A DNA stretch of 64,000 bases from the human T2T-CHM13v2.0 reference genome, Homo sapiens: NCBI RefSeq assembly GCF_009914755.1, contig NC_060935.1, one strand, 5' to 3'. Numbering within the stretch: position 1 is the stretch's first letter; the number at the start of each line of letters is the position of its first letter. Shown piece after piece: positions 27,485-45,749 of this stretch. The position numbers and the translations under genes are program-made. Under the pieces are notes generated by a model. It saw nothing but the letters and a program-made list of their open reading frames with translations. It was not told the origin of the DNA and did no database searches.

Positions 27485-29695
27485 TATCTGCTTTAAGGAC
27501 TAATTACAGAGCTCTTTAAAAATAGTATACTTCCCTAGAACGTATATTGTATGATCTTTAAAATTTAGACTTCCAGCCATACCAGAGAACTTGACTTGCC
27601 TTCCCACTGTAAATTACTAGTAAACTAGATACAGTGTATGAAACAACAGTTTTTAGACAATGAACTACAAACAGGGAAAATTGCGTTCTCTGAGAGAAAG
27701 AGGAAAAAGTGAGATGAACCCTATGATTACTCAGGCTTACTGCCTAGACACTTGCTACACCATAGCACAAGGAAGGGGCACTCTTGCAAAAAAGATGGTC
27801 TGAGTTGGGAAGACAAACATCGGAATTTAGAGAGGCTAAACTGGCTGTAATTTGTGAGGCAATGTACTGAAGATGAAGGCGCTACCCAGAAAAAGAGCTC
27901 CAGGCATCTGCTATTTAATCTGTTGCTGGATATTAAGTTGGACATGTGAGTAGTAAAAGTCCATGAAGACTTGCAGGGGCGCCACAAGCTGAGCAATTTC
28001 CAGAGCTCCCACAGGTCTAGGTAAACTCTGAGTTCCAACAAGCCAGAGAGGAATGAACTTACTGAATAACTGGGACATTTTGTAGAGACCCCAGCAGGAT
28101 CATGCCATTCTAGGGCTATTCTAGATGCTTCCATAAGTTTAAAAATAAACCTCAAAATGATGAAGCTTATCAGCAAGTAACTTAACCTCCTGTGAAACTT
28201 TGACATTCTTGAAATAAAGATAGCAAAATCTAGCAATCAGCAATGTAAAATTCAAAATGTTCTAACACAATAAAAATTTACTGGACAGGGAGAGAAGCAG
28301 GAAAATGTTACCTGTTATGTCACTATTTATAATGTAATCAAAACAAATACAGAAATGACAGAGGTAATAGAATTAGCAAAGGAACTTTAAAACAGCTATT
28401 ACAAATGTTCAAGGATTTAAAGGACAATGATACGAACATAATGAAGAGAAAAATTTTAAATCCCAAAAGAAAAAAACGAACCAAATGGAAATTTTAGAGA
28501 TGAAATTTACAGTAAATAAAATTAAAAACTCACTGAATAGGCTTAATAGCAGATTAGACATTTAAAAAAGAAATACAAATGAACTTCAGGACATAACAAC
28601 AGAAACAATCCCAACTGAAGCAGAGAGGGAAAAAAAGACTGAAAAAATATGCAGTAGATCCTCAGTAACCTGTGGGACAATATTAAGCAGTCTAACGTGT
28701 GTAACTGAAGTCCCAGAAAGTAGAGGGGGACAGAAAAAAAAATTGAAGAAATGACCAAAACTTCTCCAAATTTAATGAAAACTATATATAGCCAAGAAAT
28801 TCAATAAATTCCAAGCAAGATATGCACCAAGAAAACCATACCAAGGTACATCATAATCAAACTGCTTGAAAACAGACATGAAGGAAAAATCTTAAAAGCT
28901 GTCAGAGATATAAAGACACTTTTTTTTTTTTTGAGGCGGAGTTTGCCCAGGCTGGAGTGGCGCGATCTCGGCTCACCGCAAACTCCACCTCCCGGGTTCA
29001 AGCGTTCTCCTGCCTCAGCCTATTGAGTAGCTGGGATTACAGGCATGCGCCACCACGCCCGGCGAATTTTTGTATTTTTAGTAGAGACGGGGTTTCACCG
29101 TGTTAGCCAGGATGGTCTCGATCTCCTGACCTCATGATCTGCCCGCCTTGGCCTCCCAAAGTGCTGGTACAGGCGTAAGCCTCCGTGCCCAGCCGATATA
29201 AAGACACTTATAAAGATGGGTTATAAATATAAGAATTGTCATAGACCTCTTGCCAGAAGCAATGCAAGCCAAAAAAAAAAAAAAAAAATGGAATGGCATC
29301 TTAAAATTAATGAAAGAAAAATTATCTAGAATTTTATATCCAGTGAAAATATTCTTTAAAATTAAGGAGAAATAAACCACCTTTTCAGACAAACAAAAGC
29401 TGGAAAGAATTCCAGCAGATATGCAAAAAAAAAAAAAAAAAAAAAAAACGTTAAAAGGAAGTTCTTCAGGTTGAAGAAATATACCAGGTGGACATGTGGA
29501 TCTAAACAAAGGAATAAAGAGTGACAGAAGTGGTAAATGTGGTGGTGAATAGAAAAGATACTTTATCTCATTTTTAATTTTCTTTGTCAGATAATTCTCT
29601 GAAATAAATAATATATGGTAGGTTTTATAACATATAGAAGTAAAATGTATGATAACAACAACACAAAGGACAGGAAGGAGAAAATGATAATGTAG

Positions 29696-30028
<333 letters not shown>

Positions 30029-30579
30029 TAGAGATGGGGTTTCACCATGTTGGTCAGGCTGGTCTCGAACTCCTCACCTCAAGTGATCCACTTGGCTCAA
30101 CCTCCCAAAGTGCTGGGATTACAGGCATCAGCCACTGCACCCAGCTGTTTTTGTAAATATAATTTTACTGGTACATAACCATGCCCACTTCTGAATGTAC
30201 TTAATGCCACTGAACTATACACATAAAAATGGTTAAAATAGCAAACAATATGTACATTTTACTACAGTAACAAAATACAATCAACAGTTCTCAAAAAAAA
30301 GAGAACATTAAAGATTTCCTCATGTTATAATTCAACATAAGAAAAGGAAATATGACTACTCCCATAAAAAAGTAACAAGATGAAAAAGATATATAATACA
30401 AATGTTAATCAAAAGATGAAATAGCTATATTATTATCAGACAAAACACACCTTAAGACAAGAGATATTACTAGGATAAATATGGATATTTCATAATGATA
30501 AAAAGGTCAATCAGGAAATCAGAACAATAAATGTGTCATAACAATCATAAATCATATAGCTAATAACAGGACTTACAAA

Positions 30580-32234
30580 CACATGAAGCAAAACCTGACT
30601 GAACTGAAAAGAGGAAGATAAGTTCACAGTTATGATTAAAGATTTCAACATTCTTCTCCCACTAATTGATAGAACACAGACACAGATACACACACAATCT
30701 GTAAGGATAGAGAAGACTTGGACAATACCAACCAACTTTATCTAATTGCCATTTATAAAACATTCCACCAACCAACAGCAGAACACACATTCTCTTCAAC
30801 AGCACATGAAATATTCACCAAGATAGATAATACACTTGGCCAAAAAATAGGTCTTAGTACATTTAAAAGGATTAAAGTCTTACCTAGAATGTTCCCTGAC
30901 CAAAACCAAATTAAATTCGAAATCATTAATAGGAAGATATTTGGAATTTTCTCAAATGTTTGGAAATTAAACAACATATTTCCAATGGGTGATACTCAAT
31001 ACCCATGGGTCAGAGGAGACACCACAAGAAAAATCCTAAAATATTTTGAGCCTGGGCAACATGGTGAAACCTCATCAGGAAAGGAAGGAAAGGAAGGAAA
31101 GGAAGGAAAGGAAGGGAAGGGAAGGGAAGGGACGGGAAAGGAAAGGAAAGGAAAGGAAGGAAAGGAAGGAAGGAAAGGAAGAAAAGGAAGAAAGGAAGCA
31201 GCAAGCTAGCTGGTGTGGTGGTGTGCACCCATAGTCAGGCTGAGGTGGGAGGATTGCTTGAGCCTGGCAGATTGAGGCTGCAGTGAGGTGTGATCACACC
31301 ACTCACTACACTCCAGCCTGGGTGACAGAGCAAGACCCTGTCTCTCTTTCAATAGACATACAGGCAGGCAGGCAGGCAGATAGACAGACAGACACAGAGA
31401 TATATACATGGGATTTTGCTATGTTGTCCATGCTCAAAAATTTTAAGATTTCTCTTGTGAGGTTCTCTCTGACCCATGGATATGGGTATGAGTATGACCC
31501 ACTGGAAATATGTTGTTAAATTTCCAAACATTTGAGAATTTTCCAAATATATTTCTGTTAGTGACTTCAAATTTAATTTAGGTGTGGTCAGGGAACATTC
31601 TAGGTAAGACTTTAACCCTTTTAAATGTACTAAGACTTATTTTTTGTGTATATTGCCTATCTTGGTGAATATTTCATGTGCTGCTGAAGAGAATGTGTGT
31701 TCTGCTGTTGGTTGGTGGAAGGTTTATTTTTGTTGTTTGTTTTCTTTGAGACGGAGTCTCACTCTGTAGCCCAAGCTGGGGTGCAGTGGTGCCATCTTGC
31801 CTCACTGCAACCTCTGCCTCCAAGGCTCAAGCAATTCTCGTGACTCGGCCTCTCAAGTAGCTGGAACTACAGGCGCGTGCCACCATGCCCGGATAATTTT
31901 TCCTATTTTAATAGAGGCGGGCTTTTGCCATGTTGCCCAGGGTGGTCTTGAACTCCTGAGCTCAGGTGATCCACTCGCCTCAGCCTCCCAAAGTGCTGGG
32001 ATTACAGGTGTGAGCCACCGTGCCCGGCCGGTTGGTGGAATGTTTTATAAATGTCAATTAGGCCAAGTTAGTTGGTATTGTCCAAGTCTTCTGTATCCTT
32101 ACAGATTGTGTGTGTGTGTGTGTATGTGTGTATAATTGTTCTATCAATTAGTGGGAGAAGAATGTTAAAATCTTTCATTATAACTGTGAATTTATCTTTC
32201 TCTTTTCAGTTCTGTCAGTTTTTGCTTCATGTTT
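30580..32234. repeat. About 500-bp inverted duplication (arms 30580-31075 and 31408-32234)
   Basis: Arms align as reverse complements along their length. ORFs 30511-30735(-) and 32072-32269(+) give near-identical peptides. Confidence 0.92.
31078..31198 (+). repeat. GGAA/GGAAA microsatellite in an Alu linker
   Basis: Directly visible. Confidence 0.92.
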
Positions 32235-32537
32235 ATATGTGTGTGTGTATGTTGTGTATACTTTACTAAAATATATATATATAGTTTTTTTAACCGAATG
32301 AAAATGAAAAAACTACATATCATAGTTTGTGGGATGGAACCAAAGCAGTGCTAAGAGGAAATGTTATAGCTTTAAGTGCTTATATTAGAAAAGAAGAAAG
32401 GTAAATAATCTATGTTTCAAGCTTAAGCAGCTAGAAGAAAACCAAATTAAACCCAAAGTAAGCAGAGTAAAGGAAATAAGAAAATTAATAGCAAAAATCC
32501 ATGAAATAGCAAATAAATAAACATGGGAGAGAAATGA

Positions 32538-32747
<210 letters not shown>

Positions 32748-32940
32748 TAACTCAAATGATCAAGACAAACAGAGAGCGAGAGAGAGAAGATACAAATTAC
32801 AAATATCAAGAATGACAGAGGGGCATCAATTTGATCCTAGAGGACTATAATAATAAGAGAATATTATGAGCAACCCTAGCCAATAAATTTGACAACTTAT
32901 GAAAAGGACAAGTTCTTTGAAAGATAAAAATTACCCCAAC

Positions 32941-33492
32941 TGGCTCTTTTGGGGTCCCACAACACCCCAAATCAGATTCATTAGGAGGACTCATAGGACT
33001 CAATATATACCCATACACATGACTAAGATGTATTATAGAGAAATAATACGAAGAAAAATAGGTAAAGGAAAAGGCACATGAGTTGCAGTCTGGAGTAAAC
33101 CAGACTTCCAAAGGTCATCTTCTAATAGAGTCACATAAGACAAGCTTAACTCCTACAGCATTGAATTGTGACAACTTATGTGAATTGCTGTCTACCAGGG
33201 AAGCTCATTAGAGACTCAGCACCCAAAGTTTTTTGGGGGAGGGTGCTGTTCATGCAGGTACCCTCTATGTAGCATGTGCCAAAATTCTAGAATCCCAGAA
33301 AGAAAGCAGTTGTTCAGAATAAACCACATTGTTTGTACTAATAGTTTAGGTACAGTGAGCCACTCTTGTTAGGAAATGGTGAGAATCCTCCCAAAATTCA
33401 AGTTTCCAGGCATCAGCCAGGGGCCAACTTTGCTAGGAGGTCTTTCTAAGTACAGCATTCACAGGGGTGCTATGTTAACTCTTTCCTGCACA
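32941..33492 (-). mobile_element. MER68/MER77-family solo LTR
   Basis: Reverse complement starts tgtgcaggaaagagttaacatagca; 5-bp TSD ccaac. Confidence 0.75.
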
Positions 33493-35143
33493 CCAACATA
33501 AGAAGAAATGAGAATCTGAATAGCCCTGTAAATAATTTAAATACTGAATTTGTTATTTAAAATATTCCCACCAAGAAAGTCTACATAGCTCCACTGGTGA
33601 ATTAGACCTAACATTCAATAAAGAAATCATACCAACTCTATACATTGAAAGGAATATATTCCAACTGAGTTTACTTGACCAGTATTACTCTTGACGCAAA
33701 AACCAGTTCAAATATTGCAAAGAAAAAACAAACAAAACTTACATTCCTCATCAATACAAAATCCTTAACAAAGCACTAGCAATTTAAGTCCAGCCATATA
33801 TAAAAAGGATAATATATAATGATCAACTCAAGTTTATCCCAGGAATGCAGGTTAACATCTGGAAGTCAACTGATGTAATTAATATGAAAAGAATAAAAAA
33901 AACCCAATCATCTTAATAGACACAGAAAAAAGCATTTGACAAAATTTAATGTCCTTTCATGATAAAAACTCATTTGTGATAAAAGCTCAGCAAACCAGAT
34001 ATGAAAGGAAACGTTCTCAAACTGATAAAGAGTATAAACAAAAACATATAGCTAAAATGATAAGAAATGGTGAAAGACTAGTCTCCATTTAAGATGAGAA
34101 ACAAGGCAAGCATGCCCACTCTCACAATTGTTATTCAACATTAGATTAGAGGGTCCTAGCTAGTGCATAAATTGAGAAAAAGAAAAAGCATACAGCGTTT
34201 TAGAAAGAAAGTAAAACTGTCTTAAACTTGCAGACAACATGATCATATATTATAGAAACCCCCAAAGTTCAACGAAAACAACTATTATAACCATAACTTA
34301 ATTTAAAAATGAGGTCAATATACAAAAACCAATTGTACTTCTAAGCTGGGCATGGCAGTTCATCCCTGTAATCCCAGCTACTCAGAAGCCTGAAGTGGGA
34401 GCATCACTTGAGCCCAGGAGTTCATGTACAGCCTGGACAACATAGTAAGACCTTGTCTTGAAAAAAATGTACTTCTATATATAAGCAAAGAACAATTATA
34501 AAAATTGTAAGCACTGTTTACATTAGGATCCCAAGACATAAAATATCCAGGAATAAATTTAACCTAAAATTTCCAAGACCTATATGATAAAAACTACAAA
34601 ACATTTCTGAGAGACATTTTAAAATATCCAAATAAATGGAAGCTATACCATGTTCATCGACTGGAAGACTCAATGCCAAATAAAACCCCACAGACTTTTA
34701 AAACAGAAATTGAGACATTGATTCTAAAAGTGATAAGAAAATATAGGACTTAGAATAGAAAAAGCTTTTTTGGAAAAAGAACAATATTGAAGGACTTAGC
34801 TACGTTTTATAGCTTCTTTAAAAGCTACATTAATAAAGACAGTGTTGTACTGGCTTAAGTATAGACATATAATCAATGGATCATAATAAAGAGTCCAGAA
34901 ATAGACCCATATATATTTGATCAACTGATTTTCAAAGAAAGTACTAAGGTACAGTGGGAGAGAAAATAGTGTTTTCGACAAATATTTGTGCTGGGACAAT
35001 TGGAAATTCATATAAAAAAATGACCTTCAATTCTTATGTCATACTGTATACAAAAATTAACTAAAAATGTATTAGAGACCATATGCATATACTCATTTTT
35101 TTAAAGTTGAGAAACTTAAAGTATAAAACAGGGAAAAAAATCA

Positions 35144-35335
<192 letters not shown>

Positions 35336-36299
35336 CTATTATAAAAAAGGAACCAGAATAAACAAGTATATCAAGTATATAAATATGTTTTGTCTGAAAA
35401 TATTTCATTAACAAAAGTTTCAGGAAATAGTCAAAGAATCAAAACAATCACAAAGTCATTACTAATATTAAGAGCTACCATTTATTGAATTGGGCTGACT
35501 ACTTAATAAGCATAACTGCATACTCAGCAAAACCCTATGAGGTATTATTATGCCCAATTTACAGGTAAGAAATACGAGGCTCACAGAAGTTAAGTAACTT
35601 GTCCCAGATCAAGTAGATACAAAATGGCAGTGAGGATTTAATTCCAAAGCTAAATCTGAGGACCGTGTCCTTAATGACAATATTAAACTACCTCTTGTCT
35701 CATAAAAAAATTTATTTAAATTCATAAAAAACAAAAAATTAAAGTCATAAATAAGAATTTATGAATTTTATATTCTACAAACATTATACTTCCATTGTTT
35801 TCTTAAAGTTTAATTTTCTTGTTAAAAATTGCACATACAGATTTGAATTCCACTAGATGAGTACTAAGCACTAAGTGGTACCACAGAAACTGACATGTCA
35901 GCCGTATATTTATATCCATAAATTAGACTTTCACTCCCTATAAAATTTCATAAACTTGATTTTGGGGAAAGGAGTACTCTCACAGAAGCCTCAAATATGA
36001 GCCAAGGTAAGTTCCACTGAGGAGAAAAATATCCTTTTGTCATGGAAAAGTATATTTGTGGTTTTATAAAAGTTTAAAAGTTTCTTATAAAAGTTTCTCT
36101 TGAACAATTTTAAAACTCCTACCACAAATTCCACTAGTGCTTGTAATATTCCTTATTATAAATACTATAATTACTATTCCTAATATTTTTATAATTAATA
36201 TTCCTCTATAAAGCCCTATATAGAGGCCAGTAGGTGTAAACTCATGTTACTTTCTGTTCATTTCATCTATTTTTAATCATCTTTAAATCTATCTCTGCA

Positions 36300-38952
<2,653 letters not shown>

Positions 38953-38953
38953 T

Positions 38954-39294
<341 letters not shown>

Positions 39295-40242
39295 TGAACA
39301 TTTTCACTTATTGTTTTTTTGTCTATATAACAACCATTGGTTATATATCTAGTCAAAATAAAAAGATATACATAACATTGTTATTTTTAATATTTCAATG
39401 AATTTTAAATATACTATCTAATAATATGCAAGTTTTATTAGCATAGTATTTTCTTTCACTGTTTATTTTTTTGAATGACCAAATATGAAACAGCAGTTTA
39501 CATGATTCCAATTTATTTTTATCAGTATCTTTGTTTTTTTAACCTATCTTGATCCAATCTCAGTAGCCACACTACTATTGCCCTTCACTCAAGAATGGTG
39601 AAAAACTTACAGATAGAAATACAATTAAAAAGTAAATGTGATCTCCCACTGAAGAAAACTCTTATCGAACCAAGGCAGCTTTTTCTTACTTATCTATATT
39701 CTGTTGAGTACCAAATCATAATGGAAGCAAAATGATTGCAGAACTTAAAAATTCTAAGATAAAACCGACTTTATCCACATTTATAGATTGAGGCCTCACC
39801 AGTGAAACTGCTTATTTTTCTTAATAGTTTTCTTTTTTTTCTTGAGAGAGGAGCATGGTTGTAGTCTCAGAGAAAATGAATGTTTAATTTTCTTAGCTAA
39901 ACTGATCTTTTTGGTTTTTTTTGCAAGTTTGGCATATTTAAGTTTATATTTCCTTTTCACTTAAACAGTTTTCCTTATCCTGATAGCACCATTTCCATGG
40001 GCTTTTAAACACTGGGGATGAAAAGAAGGTACATGGATAAAATGTAGATTAACTGATGCTAAAATGAACATTACTATGCTTGTTGCCTAATGATAAACTG
40101 TACTAGTATACCATTTAACGATTTTTTAGTATTCTGATAAAATTAAATACAAAACTTTTCTTAGATTTAAGTAAACCTTAGCAAAACCATCAGTGAAGAC
40201 TTGATGTCTCCAAACTATAAATTAAGAAAACATGTTAGTTCC

Positions 40243-40550
40243 GGCTGGGCGATGTGGCTCACGCCTGTAATCCCAGCACTTTGGAAGGCTAAGGCAGGCG
40301 GATCGCAAGGTCAGAAGATCGAGACCATCCTGGCTAACACAGTGAAACCCTGTCTCTACTAAAAATACAAAAAATTAGCCGGGCGTGGTGGCGGGTGCCT
40401 GTAGTCCCAGCTACTCAGGAGGCGAGGCAGGAGAATGGTGTGAACCCAGGAGGCAGAGCTTGCAGTGAGCAGAGATCTGTCCACGGCACTCTAGCCTGGG
40501 GGACAGAGTGAGACTCTGTCCCCCACCAAAAAAAAAGAAAAGAAAAGAAA
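40243..40550 (+). mobile_element. AluY-like
   Basis: TSD aagaaaacatgttagtt. Confidence 0.88.
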
Positions 40551-41440
40551 ACATGTTAGTTTCAAGTGAATCAAATCAAGAGTTACTTATGTAATAATTT
40601 GAATCAAACAAAATAATCTACAGAAAATATTATCAAGCTGGTATTTAGATATCCATTACTATAATATATTGCATAGTATAATTAGCACAATAGTCTAAAA
40701 CATAATCATACCTTCCCAAAATATAGCTTCATAAACTCATAGTGACTTTCTACTCTGTCATTTATTTAAAAAGAATTTAAAATGCAATTAAAATTGATAT
40801 TAGCATAGAATAATCAATCTTGGGGTCCACCAATGTTTAAAGTGAACCTTTATATTTCACAACTTGATTTCACCTCATCTTACACTATTATCTACCTTGC
40901 TGAATTAAAAATTATTATAAAATAAAAAAATATGATTTAAGGAAACAGCCATGTTTAGAATACAACAACCCTTATGATATGTTGTTAATATGATAAAATG
41001 GTAATACTACAGAAGTCAACTACTGCACACATGTTCTAAACATGGCTCTAATATATCTCAACAAAACTGCTGAGGAAAGCAAAATAGATCAGTTAATAAT
41101 AGTACATATATAATTATTTTAATCATTTACTAAAATACTATGCAATGGTTTTATGAAAAAGTAAATTAATTTTTCTTTGTCACATGGGGGCTCAAATTAT
41201 ATATATATATGTGTGTGTATATATATATATATATATATGCATGCATATATACACAAACATGTATTTGTGTGGTCTTCCATGCATAAAAGCATTACAGGGA
41301 ATTTCATTAAATTTAGCTTTTAAAAAGCATTCACCTTTTTGGAAATATGAGACCAAGAAAAAAATGTGTCTGATTTTAGTCCTCTAATATTTTTGCAATA
41401 TTTTCTTAGCATTTATAGTTATTTTAAATGTCTAAAACTA

Positions 41441-41605
<165 letters not shown>

Positions 41606-43549
41606 TTATCCAAAAAATAATCAATACCACATTAATGAATTCTGATGTGTTTTATGTTGCTTGGACCTTTGCTTCTAACATGCTGAAAGTGCCATACAGA
41701 TCAGTGATAATGTGCTATCTCAACAATAATTTTCATAAATTAATGGAAAGGTGCTTATAGTTTAGCTAACAGAAAATAGGGGGAGGTTTTGATAAAGAAA
41801 TGGCTATAAAAGAGTATAAAAACATTGCCATTATTCAGTTTCACTGCATAAGTTTTAATGTGCTGAAAAGGTAATATAAAGTACAGCACTGAAAAGTATG
41901 AAATGTAGCACGATCCAGCCTAACTCTACTAAAGAAATTTAACTACCATAGAACATTTTTTCCATTATCTGTTTATTTTAGAAATTAACTGGCTAGAAAA
42001 CTCTTAAATACAATTTTAATTTTAATTTCAAATTAACACTTTTTAAGTATAACTTAAATATTTACCATATTAACTTAATTACTTCATTGAACTAACATAA
42101 CAGAATCACTACCACACTCTCCCTCCCACAAAATAAACTTATAGAGTAAAAATACTACCATGTGTTTTCTAAGACTAGGTTTTTAAAGCTATTAAATCAG
42201 TGTCATCAATATTATTAGGTTTTTCCAATGTCTGCTGATAATCCAAGTAAATTTCTATAAAAAGATAAACAGTGATAGAACTCCTACCTACATGCCTAAT
42301 ACATTTGGAATCTTTAAGTTGTTTACAAAGCTATGCACATTCAGGTTAAAAATGTCAAGCCACACAAAAGGATTTTTTTTTTTAAAAAAAGTAAAGTTAT
42401 TCTCTCAGTTTTCCACCCCAGAAGTAACCACTGTAGCAGTTTCTTGTATATCTTTCCAGAAATTGTCTATATAACCATAAAAGTATGTAAAATATATATA
42501 TATTTTTAAATACAGATGAGACCATATCATACACTGTTCTGTCATCTGCTTTTCTTTAAAAAAAAAAGTTTTGCTTACTTTCCATATTACATATATAAAT
42601 CCATCTCATTTGAATTCCATATTATTCATAGTACTCCATCTATTTAGAGAATTCTCAATTACATCTAGAATATCAGTATGCAAAGATAAATTATGTAAAA
42701 TTATGGCAACATATCTAATACGAATTTTACAATTTTAACATGGAGATTCTCCTCTTGCTCATAAGAAGCTATGCATTTTAAGAGTACCCAGTGAATATCT
42801 ATTTTGATTGCCTCTGTTTCAGGATAACATAGATATTTTTATAAAAGTAACAGGTCCTTAATTTATAGGTATATACAGTCATGTGTTGGTTATAGACAGG
42901 GATATGTTCTGATAATTCCATCATTAGGTGATTTTTGTCACTGTATGAACATCATAGAGTGTACTTACACAAACCTAGATGGTATAGCCTACTAATGGTA
43001 TACGTAGACTATATAGTATAGCTTATTGCTCCTATGCTACAAACCCGTACAGCATCTTTCTGCACTGACTAGTGTAGGCAATTGTAACACAATAGTATTT
43101 TTATAACTAAGGATATCTAAACATAGAAAAGGTACAGTAAAAATGAAAAGGTACAGTAAAAAAATAAAAGATTAAAAATGGTACACATGTAACTATATAA
43201 GGTACTTACCATGAACGTTGCTCTGGGTGAGTCAGTGAGGGAGTGGTCAGTGAATGTGAAGGTCTAGGACATTATTACTCACCAATATAGGCTTTATAAA
43301 TGCTGTATACTTAGGCTACACTAAATTTTTTTAATTTTTTCTTTCTTCAATAATAAATCAAGCTTAGTTGACTTTACAAACTTTTTTTTAACTTTTTGAC
43401 TCTTTTGAAATAACACTTAGCTTAAAACACACAGATTGTACAGCTGTATAAAAATATTTTCTTTCTTTATATCCTTATTCTATAAGCTTTCTATTTTTAA
43501 ATTTTTATATTTTTCCTTTTTAAATTTTTTGGTCAAAAACTGAGACACA

Positions 43550-43987
43550 TCATCACAGCACTATTCACAATAGCAAAGGCACAGAATCAACCTAAATGCT
43601 CATCAACAGTAGACTGAAGAAAGAAAATGTGGTACATATACACCATGGAATACTACACAGCCATAAAAAGAGTGAGATCATGTCCTTTGCAGCAACATGG
43701 ATGGAGCTGGAGGCCATTATCCTAAGAAAACTAACACAGGAACAGAAAACCAAATACCACATGTTCTCACTTATAAGTGGGAGCTAAACATTGAGCACAT
43801 ATAGACACAAAGAAGGGAACAATGGACACCAGGGCCTACTGAGGGTGGAGGGAGATCAAAAAACTACCAATCAGGTACTATACTTATTACCTGGGTGATG
43901 AAATACTCTGTACACCAAACCTATGTGAGACTCAATTTACCTATGTAACAAACCTGCACATGTACCTCTGAACCTAAAAGTTAAAAA
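43550..43987 (+). mobile_element. L1PB/late-L1PA 3' end
   Basis: ORF2 C-terminal tail (ORF 43596-43787) and 3' UTR ending aacctgcacatgtacctctgaacctaaaagttaaaaa. Confidence 0.85.
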
Positions 43988-44572
43988 TACATATATGTAA
44001 CATAAAATTTACCATTTTAACCATTTTTAGGTGCATAATTCAGTGGCACTGAGTATATTCACAATGTTGTACAACTATCACCACTATCCATGTTCAGAAC
44101 TTTTTCATTATCTCAAATAGAAATTCTGAATCCATTAAACAGGAGCTCCCATTTCCCCTCCCCAGTTGTTCATTTTAACAAATACATATGTTCATGTAAC
44201 TCCCAGAAGATATAGAGAACAGTTTTATTACTTCCAAAAGTTCCCTTGGGCCACTTTGCAGCACCCCTATTCTTCACTGACCATCAATAATCTGTTTTCT
44301 GTCTCTCTAATTGTGGCTTTTGTAGAATGCCCTATAAATGGAATCACGGAACAACACTGTATGTAGCCTTTTGAGTCTGGCTTCATCTACTTAGCAAAAT
44401 GCATTTGAGATTCATCCATTTTGTTGTGTGAATCAGTAGTTGGTTCTCTTTTACCGCTGAGTAATCTGTTGTATGGATGCACCATAGTTTGTTTATACAT
44501 TGACCTCTGGGTTGAACATTTATGCTATTTCTAGTTTTTAATGAATATTAATAAAGCCACTGTAAATATTAT
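43988..44572 (-). mobile_element. Old L1MB/L1ME 3'-end fragments (putative transduced DNA)
   Basis: aaaatttaccattttaaccatttttag...cagtggca and tataaatggaatca...tctggcttc...ttagc...tgagattcatccat motifs, in reverse orientation. Confidence 0.75.
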
Positions 44573-44777
44573 AAAAAAAACTAACACACAAACACACACA
44601 TTAGCCTAGGCCTACACAGAGTCAGGATTATCCATATTATGTCTTCCACCTCCACATATTTTCCCTCTGGAAAATCTTCAGGGACAGTAATACCCACAGA
44701 ACTGTCATTTCCTATCATAATACTCCCTTTTCTGGAATACTTCCTGAAGGACCTGCCTGAGGCTGTTTCACAGTTAA

Positions 44778-44928
<151 letters not shown>

Positions 44929-45749
44929 TAGCTGGGATTACAGGTGCATACCACCACACTGGCTAATTTTTGTATTTTTAGTAGAGACGGGGTTTCACCA
45001 TGTTGGTCAAGCTGGTTTTGAACTCCGGACCTCGTGATCCGCCCGCCTTGGCCTCCCAAAGTGCTGGGATTACAGGCATGAGCCACCACGCCTGGCCAAC
45101 TTTTTTTTTTAATAAATAGGAGGAGTAAACTAAAATGATGATAAGTAGTATAGTATAATAAATACATAAACTGGTAACAGTCATTATTATCAAGTATTAT
45201 GTACTACATATAATTGTATGTACTACACTTTTATATGACAGTGCAGCAGGTTTGTTTATACTAGCATTACCAACAAACGTGTGAGTAATGTGTTGTGCTA
45301 TGACAATATGATGGCTATGATACTAGCAGATGATAGGAATTTTTACCTCCATTATAATCTTATGGGACCACCATCTTACACGTGGTCTGTCACTGACAAA
45401 ACATTGTTATGTGGTGCATAACTATAAAACAGAGTAGTTTCTAAATATTTATAGTGTGTATAATAGATGCTTAGTACTTTAACATTCTAACAAATTTTTT
45501 TATTGATAACATACTGTATTTTAGAAGATAAACAAATAAAACTTTAGAGAAGATATGGGAGAATAAACCACAGTCTCTATCCTAGTAATAATAATTGGCC
45601 AAGAACATCATGCTCTTAAAACAGTGCACTAGCAATATCAATCATTTCTTGTCTGCACCCAATAACTCTATCTAAAGGAAACTACCTACTTCAGGTATTC
45701 TCTCGATTTCAGTTTTTTGGAGACATCCATCCTTTCATTACAATTTTGA

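Noticed and set aside
31078-31198. GGAA microsatellite as an EWS-FLI1 response element
   Set aside because: GGAA units alternate with GGAAA/GGGAA, so there is no long pure GGAA run.
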